A stretch of DNA of 64,000 nt from Spirochaetia bacterium (lineage in GTDB: Bacteria > Spirochaetota > Spirochaetia > SZUA-6 > Bin103). The notes under the pieces are model-generated. The model made no database searches. It was given only the letters and a program-made list of their open reading frames with translations, and was not told the DNA's origin. Of this stretch, positions 1-9,740 are shown piece after piece. Both the position numbers and the translations under genes were made by a program. The stretch's first letter is position 1. Each line of letters opens with the position of its first letter. The stretch covers positions 544,001 to 608,000 of the forward strand of contig CBDBOV010000002.1 in the NCBI GenBank assembly GCA_965208575.1. The letters are read 5' to 3'.

Positions 1-104
1 TTCATGGCCGCAAGGTCGCGCTCCGCAAGCGCCCCCGGCAGCACCAGGTACCCCTGCAGATCGAACAAGTAATCGCACTGTCTGTCGTCGAGAACGCCGC
101 GCAT
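1..104 (-). CDS. Phytanoyl-CoA dioxygenase (PhyH) family protein, 5' part only (runs off the window)
   Basis: Manual translation from ATG at 104 gives MRGVLDDRQCDYLFDLQGYLVLPGALAERDLAAM. FDLQGYLVLPGAL is a typical PhyH N-terminus. GAGG lies upstream. Confidence 0.7.
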   Translation of the reverse strand, partial: MRGVLDDRQCDYLFDLQGYLVLPGALAERDLAAM

Positions 105-312
105 GGCCCTCACCCTGCCGCAACCGCCGCCGGTCGGCAACCCTCCGCCGCGCGCGGTGCGCGCTGTGGTCCTTCTCGGGACGGCGCTCGTAGCGGCCGC
201 GGCGGCGTTCGCCGGCCCGTCATCCGAGCCGTCCGCCTCGGGTGTACCGGAGCGCGGGGTGGAACCCGGCGGTGCGGCGCTCGAGCGCAGGCGGTGCTTC
301 GCCGCGAGCGCC

Positions 313-2166
313 CTACGGCGTCCCGATCATGCCGGTGCGGCGGAGAATCTGGTCGACGCACTCCTGTGCCGTGCGCGCGTTGGTGTCCACCCGGATCTCG
401 GGACTCTCGGGCGGTTCATACGGACTGCCGATGCCGGTGAAGTTGGGAAGCTCGCCGCGGCGTGCCTTGGCGTACAGCCCCTTGGTGTCGCGCGCCTCGC
501 AGGTACCGAGCGACGCGTCGACGAACACCTCCACGAAGTCGCCCTTCGCGAACAGGCGCCGCGCCGCGTCCCGGTCCGCGCGAAACGGGCTGATCAGGGC
601 TACGATGACGATCAGCCCCGCGTCGACCATCAGGCGCGCCACCTCGGCCACGCGCCGGATGTTCTCGATGCGGTCGTCCTCGGTGAATCCCAGGTCCCGG
701 TTGAGGCCGTGCCGCACATTGTCGCCGTCCAGCACGTAGCTGTGCCTGCCCTCCAGGTGCAGCCGCTGCTCCAGGAGATTCGCCAACGTCGACTTCCCCG
801 CGCCCGACAGGCCGGTCATCCACAGGCAGCGCGCGGACTGGCGCTTCGCTTCGCTGCGCAGGTGCTGGGTGACCTGAAAGCGCTGCCAGCGGATGTTCGA
901 CGAACGGCGCAGCGCGTACCGAATCATGCCGGCGCCCGCCACCGAGGCGGTGAGCTGGTCCAGGAGGATGAAACCGCCGAGCACTTGCGATTCGTCGTAC
1001 GGGGCGAACGGAATGCGCCGGTTGGTCGACACGTCCACCTCGGCCGTGTCGCTCCGCTCCAGCCTCGTGGCCGGGCGCGGCCCTTCCTCGGGGTCCACGA
1101 CGTGCTTGATACGGGTCACGGTGGCGCCCACCTCGATGCCGTGCAGCACAAGCGTCACGGCGCGGCCCACGTACAGGGGAGCCTCGGCCATCCACAGGAG
1201 CGTGGCGCGGAAGTGGTCGGCAACTTCGAGCGGCGCGGAAGCTCCGGCAATCACGTCGCCCCGGCTGACGTCGACGTCTTCGCTGAGGGTGAGCGTGACC
1301 GAGTCGCCGGCGCCGGCGCGCTCGCGCGTGCCCATACCGGCCACGATCGACTCCACCCGCGTTTCCAGGGCCGACGGGAACAGCGCGACCCGGTCTCCCA
1401 CTCGAACGGTACCCGAAGCGATGCGCCCGCAGTAGCCCCTGAAGTCCGGGCTCGGCCGATTCACGTACTGTACCGGCATGCGAAACGGGCCGGCGTCGCG
1501 CGCGGGCTCCTCCACGTCGACCGTCTCCAGGTACGCCAGCAGCGTCGGGCCCGCGTACCATGGCGCGTCGGCCGCGTTCCAGCGCAGGTTGGCGCCGGTC
1601 AGCGCCGAGGTGGGGATCGCGGTGACGTTCGGTATCCCCGCATCGGCCGCGAGCCGCCGGAAGTCGCCGGCGATGGCGTCGAAGCGTGGCTCGCTCCACG
1701 CGACCGCATCCATCTTGTTCACCGCAAGCACAACCGTACGGATCCCGAACGCGGCGGCGATGCGGGTATGGCGGGCGGTCTGGCGCAGCACGCCCTTCGA
1801 TGCGTCGACCAGCACCACCGCCAGGTCGGAGTTCGACGCCGCGGTGGCCATGTTGTGGGTGTACTGGCCGTGTCCCGGGGCGTCGGCCACCACGAAGCGG
1901 CGCCTGCCGGTCGCGAAGTGGAGGTAGGCGACGTCGATGGTGATGCCCTGCTCGCGTTCCGCCTTCAGTCCGTCGGCCAGCAACGCGAGATCGACGGCGT
2001 CTCCCTGGGTGCCGTAGCGGACCGAGTCCTTCTCGACCGACCGCAGCTTGTCTTCGAACACGCGGCCGCAGTCGTACATCAGGCGGCCGATGAGGGTGCT
2101 CTTGCCGTCGTCGACGCTGCCGCAGATCACCAGCTTCAAGGGCTTCCGGGCCTCCGAGCCACCCAT
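313..2166 (-). CDS. cysNC: Bifunctional sulfate adenylyltransferase subunit 1 / APS kinase
   Basis: GTPase motifs CGSVDDGKSTLIGRL, EREQGITIDVAY, DAPGH, NKMD. C-terminal APS kinase GLSGAGKST, LDGDNVRHGLN. Start ATG overlaps the cysD stop (TGATG). Confidence 0.95.
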   Translation of the reverse strand: MGGSEARKPLKLVICGSVDDGKSTLIGRLMYDCGRVFEDKLRSVEKDSVRYGTQGDAVDLALLADGLKAEREQGITIDVAYLHFATGRRRFVVADAPGHGQYTHNMATAASNSDLAVVLVDASKGVLRQTARHTRIAAAFGIRTVVLAVNKMDAVAWSEPRFDAIAGDFRRLAADAGIPNVTAIPTSALTGANLRWNAADAPWYAGPTLLAYLETVDVEEPARDAGPFRMPVQYVNRPSPDFRGYCGRIASGTVRVGDRVALFPSALETRVESIVAGMGTRERAGAGDSVTLTLSEDVDVSRGDVIAGASAPLEVADHFRATLLWMAEAPLYVGRAVTLVLHGIEVGATVTRIKHVVDPEEGPRPATRLERSDTAEVDVSTNRRIPFAPYDESQVLGGFILLDQLTASVAGAGMIRYALRRSSNIRWQRFQVTQHLRSEAKRQSARCLWMTGLSGAGKSTLANLLEQRLHLEGRHSYVLDGDNVRHGLNRDLGFTEDDRIENIRRVAEVARLMVDAGLIVIVALISPFRADRDAARRLFAKGDFVEVFVDASLGTCEARDTKGLYAKARRGELPNFTGIGSPYEPPESPEIRVDTNARTAQECVDQILRRTGMIGTP

Positions 2167-3062
2167 CAGAAATACCCCTCCCGCTTCTTGCGCTCCATCG
2201 ACGCCTCCTCGTCGTGATCGATGACCCGCCCCTCGCGCTCCGACCTGCGCGCCGCCTCGATCTCGGCGACGATCTCGCCGACGCTCGCCGCCGTGCTCTC
2301 CACCGCCGCCGACAGCGGATAACACCCCAGCGTCCGGAAGCGAACGCGCTTGCGGGCCGGCTGCTCACCGGGCTCAAGCGGCATGCGATCGTCGTCCACC
2401 ACGATCCACTGGCCGTTGCGCCGCACCACGGGGCGTTCGGCGGCCAGGTAGAGCGGCACGATCGGGATCTCCTCGCACTTGATGTAGCGCCACACGTCGA
2501 GCTCGGTCCAGCTCGACAGGGCCGCCACCCGCCACGAGTCGCCGGCGGCGAGCCGGGTGGGGTAGAGGCGCCAGATCTCCGGCTGCTGGCGCTTCGGGTC
2601 CCACTGGTGACGGGCGTTGCGCAGCGAAAAGACCCGTTCCTTGGCGCGCGAGGCCTCTTCGTCGCGCCGGGCGCCGATAAATATCACGTCGTGCCGCCCC
2701 TCGTCGAGCGCAGCCAGGAACGGACGCGTCTTCATCTCCGTCGTGTAGCTCTGCGGACTGTGGCTGAACGGGGTGATCCCCTTCCGCGCCCCCTCGTGAT
2801 TGGTGCGGACCCGCAACTCCAGGCCGAAGCGCGCGGCAATCTCGTCGCGGTGCTCGATCATGGCGCGGAACTTCCACGTGGTGTCGACGTGGAGGATGGG
2901 AAAGGGCGGCTTCGCGGGCCAGAACGCCTTGCGCGCGAGGTGCAGGAGGACCGACGAGTCCTTGCCCACCGAGTAGGCCATGACCGGCCGCCGCGCCCGC
3001 GCCACGCCTTCGCGCAAGATCTCGATCGCCTCGGCCTCCAGCTCGTCGAGCCACGCCTTCAC
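2166..3062 (-). CDS. cysD: Sulfate adenylyltransferase subunit 2
   Basis: [42 protein letters not shown]-terminal [14 protein letters not shown] start placed 7 nt after AGGAG. Confidence 0.95.
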   Translation of the reverse strand: MKAWLDELEAEAIEILREGVARARRPVMAYSVGKDSSVLLHLARKAFWPAKPPFPILHVDTTWKFRAMIEHRDEIAARFGLELRVRTNHEGARKGITPFSHSPQSYTTEMKTRPFLAALDEGRHDVIFIGARRDEEASRAKERVFSLRNARHQWDPKRQQPEIWRLYPTRLAAGDSWRVAALSSWTELDVWRYIKCEEIPIVPLYLAAERPVVRRNGQWIVVDDDRMPLEPGEQPARKRVRFRTLGCYPLSAAVESTAASVGEIVAEIEAARRSEREGRVIDHDEEASMERKKREGYF

Positions 3063-3172
3063 GTGCACGCTCCTGCCGCCATCGCGTTCCTCCCGCCAGC
3101 CCGTCCCGCACGTTGCACCGTACGGCTCGGGCATGATAATAGACTGCTTGTACAACCATCCAGGACTCCTGA

Positions 3173-4303
3173 ATGGTGAACTTCCGCACGTCTTTTGCGG
3201 GGGAGGCCGAGACGTTGGCGCAGCGCGAAGAGTTCAACCCCATGTCGATGGCGCCTCTGCGCGTGTGGCTGCGCCTGGTCGCCCGGGCGGGCGGAGTGCG
3301 CCGCCCGTTTCGGGGGCGGTTGCAGCAGGCGCTCATCACGAGCGCGATCACCGCGGTTCCGCGCTGGCTCGAGTGGGCCGTCTACGGTGTGCCGATCGCG
3401 CGCACCCGGATCAGCAAGCCGCCGGTGATCATCCTCGGGTTCCCGCGCTCCGGCACGACCCTGCTGCACAACCTGATGGCGCACGATCCCGACCTGGGCT
3501 ACTGCTCCAACTACCAGGCGGCCATTCCGTTCTGCCTGGTCGGCGGCGAGCGGCTCAAGCGGCGGCTGGCTGCGCGGGTGCCGGAGAATCGAGGGATCGA
3601 CAACGTGGCCGCCGACCTGGACCTGCCGCAGGAAGAGGTGTTCGCGCTCGCCATGCACTCCCACCGTTCCTCCGCGCACGGGTTCACTTTTCCTTCCCTG
3701 ATGCCCGAACTGCACCGCAAGTACGTGCTGATGGACGCGCCGGAAGCCGAGGTGAGGGCGTGGCGCAAGGGCTACCTGCAGGTGGTAAAGAAGGCGACCT
3801 ACATGCACGGCGGCAAGCGGGTCGTGCAGAAGGCTACGCCCAATCTCGCGCGCATCCCGGTGATCATGGACATGTTCCCCGGCGCCCTCTACATCCACAT
3901 CGTCCGCAACCCCTACGAGCTCTATCCGTCCTACGTCCACCTGATCTCGACGCTCACCAGGAACTACGGCATGCAGGAGATCACCCCGCAGGAGCTGGAG
4001 GAGGGAGCGGTGCGCATGTACCGGCGAATCATGCGCAAGTATCTCGCTGAACGCCACCTCATCCCCGCCGACCGCTTCATCGAGATCCGGTTCGAGGAGC
4101 TGCGGGACGACCCGCTCGGGGTCCTGGAGCGCGTGTACGGGCATCTTGGACTGAACTGGGAGCAGGCGCGGTCGGCGATCGCGGCCTACGCCGGCACGCA
4201 GGCGTCGTACCGGCAGAATCGCTACGCGGACCGGGAGCACGTGCGGCGCGAAGTCGACGCGCACTGGGGATTCGCGGTGCGGGAGTGGCAGTACCGGCCT
4301 TGA
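3173..4303 (+). CDS. PAPS-dependent sulfotransferase (Sulfotransfer_3, Stf3-like)
   Basis: 5'-PSB loop [16 protein letters not shown], 3'-PB motif [23 protein letters not shown]. Divergent from cysDNC. Confidence 0.9.
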   Translation: MVNFRTSFAGEAETLAQREEFNPMSMAPLRVWLRLVARAGGVRRPFRGRLQQALITSAITAVPRWLEWAVYGVPIARTRISKPPVIILGFPRSGTTLLHNLMAHDPDLGYCSNYQAAIPFCLVGGERLKRRLAARVPENRGIDNVAADLDLPQEEVFALAMHSHRSSAHGFTFPSLMPELHRKYVLMDAPEAEVRAWRKGYLQVVKKATYMHGGKRVVQKATPNLARIPVIMDMFPGALYIHIVRNPYELYPSYVHLISTLTRNYGMQEITPQELEEGAVRMYRRIMRKYLAERHLIPADRFIEIRFEELRDDPLGVLERVYGHLGLNWEQARSAIAAYAGTQASYRQNRYADREHVRREVDAHWGFAVREWQYRP

Positions 4304-6303
4304 GCACGCTCAGCGTCGCGGAAGACCTCAGCCTGCTGCTGCTCGACGAGTCGTCGGGCGTGCTCTACCCGCTGCCGGGGCGGACGCTGGAGATCGGCCT
4401 GGCTGCCGCCGCGCTGCTGGAACTCACGCTGGCCGACCGCATCGACACCGACCTGGAGTCGCTTTACCTGGTGAATGCCGCGCCGCTGGGAGATCCGACG
4501 ACAGACCCGGTGCTGGCACAGATCGCCGCCGGCACGGAGACGCGGTCACCGGAGTACTGGGTGCGCCGTATCGGTGCGCAGCTCGGCGCACGGATCGGAG
4601 AGGCCGCCCTGGCACGGCTGGTGGAGCGCGGTATCCTGGAACGAGCGCCCGGCAACCATTACTTCCTCACCGCCCCGGTGGCGCGTTCGCGGCGCTATCC
4701 GGCGGCCAACGGCGACAGCGCGGACGAGGTTCGCATCCGGCTGATGAAGGTCCTGTTCAGCGACGACATCCCGGAACCGCGCGACGCCGACCTGATCGGA
4801 CTCGCCGAGGCGTGCGGCGTCTTCACCCGCATCCTGAGCCGCGCGGAGCTGGAGCGGGTGCGTGACCGGATCGAGCTGGTGAAGTCGCTCAACCTGCTGT
4901 GCCGCGCGGCCGCGCGGGCGATAGCCGGCGACCTGCGCGAGCGGCCGGCCGCCGCCCGCACCTACCAGCCGATTCCCGATGCCCGCGGGTTGCCGCTGAT
5001 CGGCGCCGGCCTGGCCATGAACGGCGATCTCCAGGAGTTCGTTGCCGGACTGTACCGCGACTACGGACCGATCTGCAGAGTCTCCGCGCCGGGGCGCAAG
5101 ATGATTGTCCTGGGGGGCAGGGAGGCGAACGCGTTCGTGCAGAAACACGCACGCACCCACCTGCGCAGCAACCGGTCGTTCACGGAGTTCTGCCACGCGA
5201 TGGAGACCGACCGGGCGATGATCTCCATGGACGGCCACGACCACATGAAGCTGCGGCGGACCGCGCAGGCGGGCTACTCCCGTTCGGTGATCGAGCGCAG
5301 CATGGACACGGCGATCGACATCGCGCGGCGTGCGGTGGCGTCATGGCCGGTCGGAGATCCGCTGCCGGCGTTTCGCTCGATGCAGCAGATAGTGGCCGAG
5401 CACCTGGGCGTTCTCGCCACCGGCCACTCGCCAGGGGAGTACGTCGAAGACCTGAAGTATTGGTTCGACTCGCTGATCTTCGCCGTGCGGCGCGACCGCC
5501 CGAAGTTCATGCGCGAGTACCGGTTGCGGAAGGTGCGGCCGAGGATAAAGCAGCTCTACCGCCGCGTGGTGGAGTTGCACGCCCCGGAACTGCGTGAAGG
5601 CCGCCCCGGCGACCTGATCGACGCGTTCCTGGAACTGCACCGCGACGAACCGCAGTTCCTGCCGGAGACCGACCTGATGTCCGCGGTGATCGGCCCCTAT
5701 ATCGCGGCGCTCGACACCGTGGCCGGCACCCTCGGCTTCGCGCTGTTGCGCCTGCTCCAGGAACCGGAACACGAGCGGGCGCTGCGCGACGAGGCGGATG
5801 CCGCGTTCGCCGGCGGGACGCCCGATGCACGGCAGATACGAGGGCTGGAGAAGACCCACGCGTTCGTGAAGGAGGTGATGCGCTGCCACACGATCACGCC
5901 GGTGCTCATGCGCACGGCGTGCAACTCGTTCGAGTTCGAGGGCTGCTTCGTGCCCGCCGGCGCTACGCTGCTGCTTGCAGCCGGGGTCGTGCATCGCGAC
6001 CCCGGCTACTATCCCGATCCCGAGCGTTTCGATCCCGACCGGCACCTGCCGCCGCGGCTCGAGTCGAAGCGGACGGGGGCGTTCGTGCCGTTCGGCATCG
6101 GGCCGCACACCTGCATCGGCGGCCCGTTCGCGGAGGTGCAGTTGGCGGTGACCCTCGCCACGATGGTGCACTGCGCCGAGTTCGACCGGGCTCCCTCCGG
6201 CGACCGCCGCATCAGGGTGACGGCCTACCCGAGCATCCGGCCGCACAGGAAGTGCCGCTTCCAGGTGGTGCGGCTCAGGCATGACGGGGGCGCCGCGCAG
6301 TGA
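4300..6303 (+). CDS. Cytochrome P450 with N-terminal GPP34/GOLPH3-like domain
   Basis: First ~205 aa: LSVAEDLSLLLLDESSG..GLAAAALLELTLADRI..LVERGIL..RRYP (GPP34 pattern). P450 part: I-helix AALDT, EVMR (ExxR), PERFDPDR, heme motif FGIGPHTCIG. TTG start overlaps the upstream stop (TTGA). Confidence 0.88.
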   Translation: MSTLSVAEDLSLLLLDESSGVLYPLPGRTLEIGLAAAALLELTLADRIDTDLESLYLVNAAPLGDPTTDPVLAQIAAGTETRSPEYWVRRIGAQLGARIGEAALARLVERGILERAPGNHYFLTAPVARSRRYPAANGDSADEVRIRLMKVLFSDDIPEPRDADLIGLAEACGVFTRILSRAELERVRDRIELVKSLNLLCRAAARAIAGDLRERPAAARTYQPIPDARGLPLIGAGLAMNGDLQEFVAGLYRDYGPICRVSAPGRKMIVLGGREANAFVQKHARTHLRSNRSFTEFCHAMETDRAMISMDGHDHMKLRRTAQAGYSRSVIERSMDTAIDIARRAVASWPVGDPLPAFRSMQQIVAEHLGVLATGHSPGEYVEDLKYWFDSLIFAVRRDRPKFMREYRLRKVRPRIKQLYRRVVELHAPELREGRPGDLIDAFLELHRDEPQFLPETDLMSAVIGPYIAALDTVAGTLGFALLRLLQEPEHERALRDEADAAFAGGTPDARQIRGLEKTHAFVKEVMRCHTITPVLMRTACNSFEFEGCFVPAGATLLLAAGVVHRDPGYYPDPERFDPDRHLPPRLESKRTGAFVPFGIGPHTCIGGPFAEVQLAVTLATMVHCAEFDRAPSGDRRIRVTAYPSIRPHRKCRFQVVRLRHDGGAAQ

Positions 6304-7493
6304 CCGGCGGGATCATCGACGACCCCACGTCGATTACGCCGGAGTGGATGCAGGAGACGCTGTCTCGGGGTGGCGCCGGCGCGGTGGCGGTCCGGCGGGT
6401 GGACGTCCGGGACCTCGGCGCCGGCGTCGGGCAGCTCAGCAGGATCCTGCGGGTGAGGCTCGCAGGCAGTGAGTCGTGTCCGGCGAGCGTGGTGGTCAAG
6501 CTGCCGAGCGCCGACCCGCGAATCTTCCGCATGTGCCGGCGCACGGGGCTGTACCGGCGGGAGGACCGTTTCTATCGCGCCGTGGCGCCCACCGTGCCGG
6601 TGTCGGTACCGTCGATTCTGTTCCGGGAGTTCGACGACCGCACGCACCGGTTCGTGCTGGTGATGGAGGACCTGGCAAACCGGCGCGGCGGCGGGGCGGC
6701 GGGCCGCGACCAGCTCGGCGGCGCGAGTGAAGCGGAGGCGATCACCGCCGTGCGGGCGGCGGCGCGCATCCACGCGGCGTACTGGCGCGCACCGAGCGGC
6801 CGTGCGGGGGCGCGGCCGGCATCCGCGCCGGCAGGCTACCGGGACATCTTCCGCCCGCCGGTGCGGTTCGCGTTGCAGTACGTCTACGCCAGAAGCGTGC
6901 CGAGGGTGCGGCGGGAGTTCCCGGGTGCGCTGTCCGAGGAGGAACTGTCGCTCGTGGAAGCGTTCGGGCCGTCCGTGGCGGCCGTGCTCGGCAGCCTGAG
7001 CCGCGGCGCGCGGACGTTCATCCACGGCGACTACCGGCTCGACAACATGTTCTTTCTGCCGGACGCCGCCGACCGGTTCGCCGTCGTGGACTGGCAGGCG
7101 AGCGCCATCGGCAGCGGACTGTACGACGTGGCGTACTTCATCTGCACCAGCCTGACCGAGACGGTGCGGCGGCGCGCCGAGGGCGGGCTGCTGGAGGCGT
7201 ACCACGCGGCGCTGGTCGAGGCGGGCGTGCGCGGCTTCGCCCGCGACGCGTGCCGGCGGCTGTATCGTGCGTGCGTCCTCGCCTGCCTGGTGAGGATGGT
7301 GATCGTGGCCGGTTCTTCGGGGATCGAGAATGACCGGGCGCGCGAGCTGGCGCGGCAGTGCCTGCGGCGAACGGTGGCGGCGATTCACGACCAGGACGCC
7401 TGGACGGTCGCTGCCGGACGCAAGGCCGGGGGGCTCGGCGGGGTGATCACGTGGCTGGCGGACAGGGCCGCGCGGCGCGAGGCGGCGCGATGA
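6300..7493 (+). CDS. Phosphotransferase, ecdysteroid-kinase-like / DUF1679 / APH superfamily
   Basis: SVVVKLP, REDRFY, LVMEDL, Brenner motif HGDYRLDN, VVDWQ. GTGA overlap with the P450 stop. Confidence 0.82.
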   Translation: MTGGIIDDPTSITPEWMQETLSRGGAGAVAVRRVDVRDLGAGVGQLSRILRVRLAGSESCPASVVVKLPSADPRIFRMCRRTGLYRREDRFYRAVAPTVPVSVPSILFREFDDRTHRFVLVMEDLANRRGGGAAGRDQLGGASEAEAITAVRAAARIHAAYWRAPSGRAGARPASAPAGYRDIFRPPVRFALQYVYARSVPRVRREFPGALSEEELSLVEAFGPSVAAVLGSLSRGARTFIHGDYRLDNMFFLPDAADRFAVVDWQASAIGSGLYDVAYFICTSLTETVRRRAEGGLLEAYHAALVEAGVRGFARDACRRLYRACVLACLVRMVIVAGSSGIENDRARELARQCLRRTVAAIHDQDAWTVAAGRKAGGLGGVITWLADRAARREAAR

Positions 7494-9115
7494 CCGGCCC
7501 GGGGCGCGGCCCGGCGCTCGCGTGGCGGAGCGCGATGGCGGCGCTGTTCCTGGTCGCCCTCGGCAACACCGCGGTGGTCACCGTGCTGCCGGCGATCATC
7601 GCGGACCTGGGCGGCTTCGACCGCTACGCATGGGCATCCACCTCCTACCTGATCGCCGCCACCACCGCCATGCCGATCGCCGGCAGGCTGGCCGATCTTC
7701 ATGGCCGCCGGGCGTTCTTTCTGATCGGCGTGGTGATCTTCATGGCGGCCTCCATACCGGTGGCGCTGAGCGGTACCATGGAGCAACTCGTCCTGTTCCG
7801 GGCCCTGCAGGGGCTCGGCGGCGGCATCATCATGGTCAACAGCACCGCCGCTATCGCGGACCTGGCGCCCCCCAAGGAGCGCGGCAAGTACCACGGCTTC
7901 ATGGGGATGGTGTTCAGCCTTGCCACCGTCGTGGGGCCGCTGGTGGGCGGGATCGTGGTCGACCGCTTGCATTGGTGGGGGTGGGCGTTCCTGATCAACG
8001 TGCCGCTGGGCATTCCGGTGTTGATCCTGCTCGCGCGCTTCTTTCCGCGTCCCGGCGCCCTGGCGCCGGCGCAACCGGAGACCTCAGCCGGCGCCGGCGG
8101 GTCCGCGAGCGCGCCGCGGATCGACTATGCAGGCATCGCCACCCTGGTGCCGGCGACCGTCGCCACCCTGGTGGCGCTGTCGGTGGCGGGGGTGCAGTTT
8201 CCGTGGCGTTCGTGGCAGGTCGTTTGCCTGCTCGCCGTCGGGCTGGCGATGACCGTGGTGTTTCTGGCGGTCGAGTCGCGCTCGCGGTGCCCGATCGTAC
8301 CGCTGACGATCTATCGCTACCGCGGCGTGCCGGCCGCGGTGGCGGCCACCTTCCTGGCAAGCTTCGGCCTGTACGGCATCATTCTGTTCGTTCCGCTGTT
8401 TTTCCAGGCGGTGCAGAATGCCTCCGCCGGACGCAGCGGCGTGTTCCTGGTGCCGATCATCGTCGGCGTCACGGTGGGCGCCGTGGCGGCGGGCCAGTTG
8501 GTGTCCCGCACCGAGGGGCGCGAGCGGCTCCTCGCCGTGGCGGGCGCCGTACTCCTCACCGGCGGCATCTACCTGCTTTCGACGCTGTCCGCCGAGACCG
8601 GCTCCGTGCTGGCCGTTGCCTACGTCCTGCTCATGGGCGCCGGGGTCGGCGCGGTGTTCACGCTGGCGGGGGTGGTGGTGCAGAACGCCGTCCCGCACGA
8701 GGATGCGGGCGCGGCCACCGCGGCCGTACAGTTTCAGCGGGCGGTAGGCGGTACGGTGGGCGTGGCGGTGCTCGGCGCGATGATGGCACGGCGCACCGCG
8801 GACCGGCTCCGCGAGGAGGTACCGGCGCGCGTGCGCGAACTGCTCCCCGACGGGTGGCTGGACCTGGCCAACGCAACCCAACTGCTCGTCGATCGGTCCG
8901 CTGCCGCCACCCTCGCCGAGCAGATTTCGGCGCCAGGGTCGGGCGCGGCCGAGCTGGCCCGGGAAGTAGCCGGCTACGCCGCGGCGGCGTTGGGCGGAGC
9001 GCTCGGCGACACCTTCCTGCTCGCGGCAGCGGTCGCCGGCGCTTCGCTGGCGGTCGCGTTCTTCATGCGCGTCCCCGGGGAGCGTACCAGGGCCGGAGAT
9101 CCGCCCCCAACCTGA
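7490..9115 (+). CDS. MFS transporter, DHA2 (14-TMS drug:H+ antiporter) type
   Basis: GRLADLHGRR (motif A), FRALQGLGGG, GPLVGG, WAFLINVPLG, many TM helices. ATGA overlap at 7490. Confidence 0.9.
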   Translation: MTGPGRGPALAWRSAMAALFLVALGNTAVVTVLPAIIADLGGFDRYAWASTSYLIAATTAMPIAGRLADLHGRRAFFLIGVVIFMAASIPVALSGTMEQLVLFRALQGLGGGIIMVNSTAAIADLAPPKERGKYHGFMGMVFSLATVVGPLVGGIVVDRLHWWGWAFLINVPLGIPVLILLARFFPRPGALAPAQPETSAGAGGSASAPRIDYAGIATLVPATVATLVALSVAGVQFPWRSWQVVCLLAVGLAMTVVFLAVESRSRCPIVPLTIYRYRGVPAAVAATFLASFGLYGIILFVPLFFQAVQNASAGRSGVFLVPIIVGVTVGAVAAGQLVSRTEGRERLLAVAGAVLLTGGIYLLSTLSAETGSVLAVAYVLLMGAGVGAVFTLAGVVVQNAVPHEDAGAATAAVQFQRAVGGTVGVAVLGAMMARRTADRLREEVPARVRELLPDGWLDLANATQLLVDRSAAATLAEQISAPGSGAAELAREVAGYAAAALGGALGDTFLLAAAVAGASLAVAFFMRVPGERTRAGDPPPT

Positions 9116-9233
9116 GCCGCCCGCCGGCCCGGCCGGCACGCGGGGCCACCCGCCGCCGGCCGTCGTACACGCACGCCCGGCAGCTTGCTGGTCAGGTCGC
9201 GTACTCTCCCCGAGACGCGGCACGGGCGCGAAC

Positions 9234-9740
9234 TCACTGCCGCGGAGGGTCGATCGCTCGGTGCAGGCGGATCTGTCGCCCCTGGTCGCGAACGCCCCCG
9301 CCGCGGCGCCACCCCATCGCCTGGTAGAAGTCGATGCCTTGGCGATAGCCGGCCACGGTCCACAGTATCGCCGCGCGGTAGCCGTCCAGGTCGAGGTGGC
9401 GGTGGGCAACGGCGATCAGCGCGCTGCCGACTCCCGTGCGCCAGTGCGGTTCGTCCACGAAGACACTGTCCAGCTCGCCGATCGAGGGATCCACCGGATC
9501 GCGGCTCGGGCCGATGCCGGCGCACCCGACGATCGAGCCCGCGCGCTCGGCGACCCACCACCGGTGCGGCACTGGCCGAGACAGGTCGCGCCGCCAGCGG
9601 GCGACCAGGTCCGGCGTCACGGTTCGATCCGCCTGCGACACCAACTCGCCGAACGAGGTATTCCACGAATCGACGTAGATGCGTGTGACAACCTCGGCGT
9701 CGGACGCCGACGCTGGCCGGATAACGAGCCCCGGCCTCAT
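9234..9740 (-). CDS. GNAT family N-acetyltransferase
   Basis: IRPASASDA..IYVDSW, GELDSVFVDEPHWRTGVGSAL, FYQAMGW. Confidence 0.85.
   Translation of the reverse strand: MRPGLVIRPASASDAEVVTRIYVDSWNTSFGELVSQADRTVTPDLVARWRRDLSRPVPHRWWVAERAGSIVGCAGIGPSRDPVDPSIGELDSVFVDEPHWRTGVGSALIAVAHRHLDLDGYRAAILWTVAGYRQGIDFYQAMGWRRGGGVRDQGRQIRLHRAIDPPRQ

Noticed and set aside
103-2217. Long ORFs antisense to or overlapping real genes (also 24406-27525, 27764-29989, 61313-63541 and many others)
   Set aside because: These are high-GC shadow ORFs with Arg/Ala/Pro-rich composition and no motifs, lying opposite well-supported genes.
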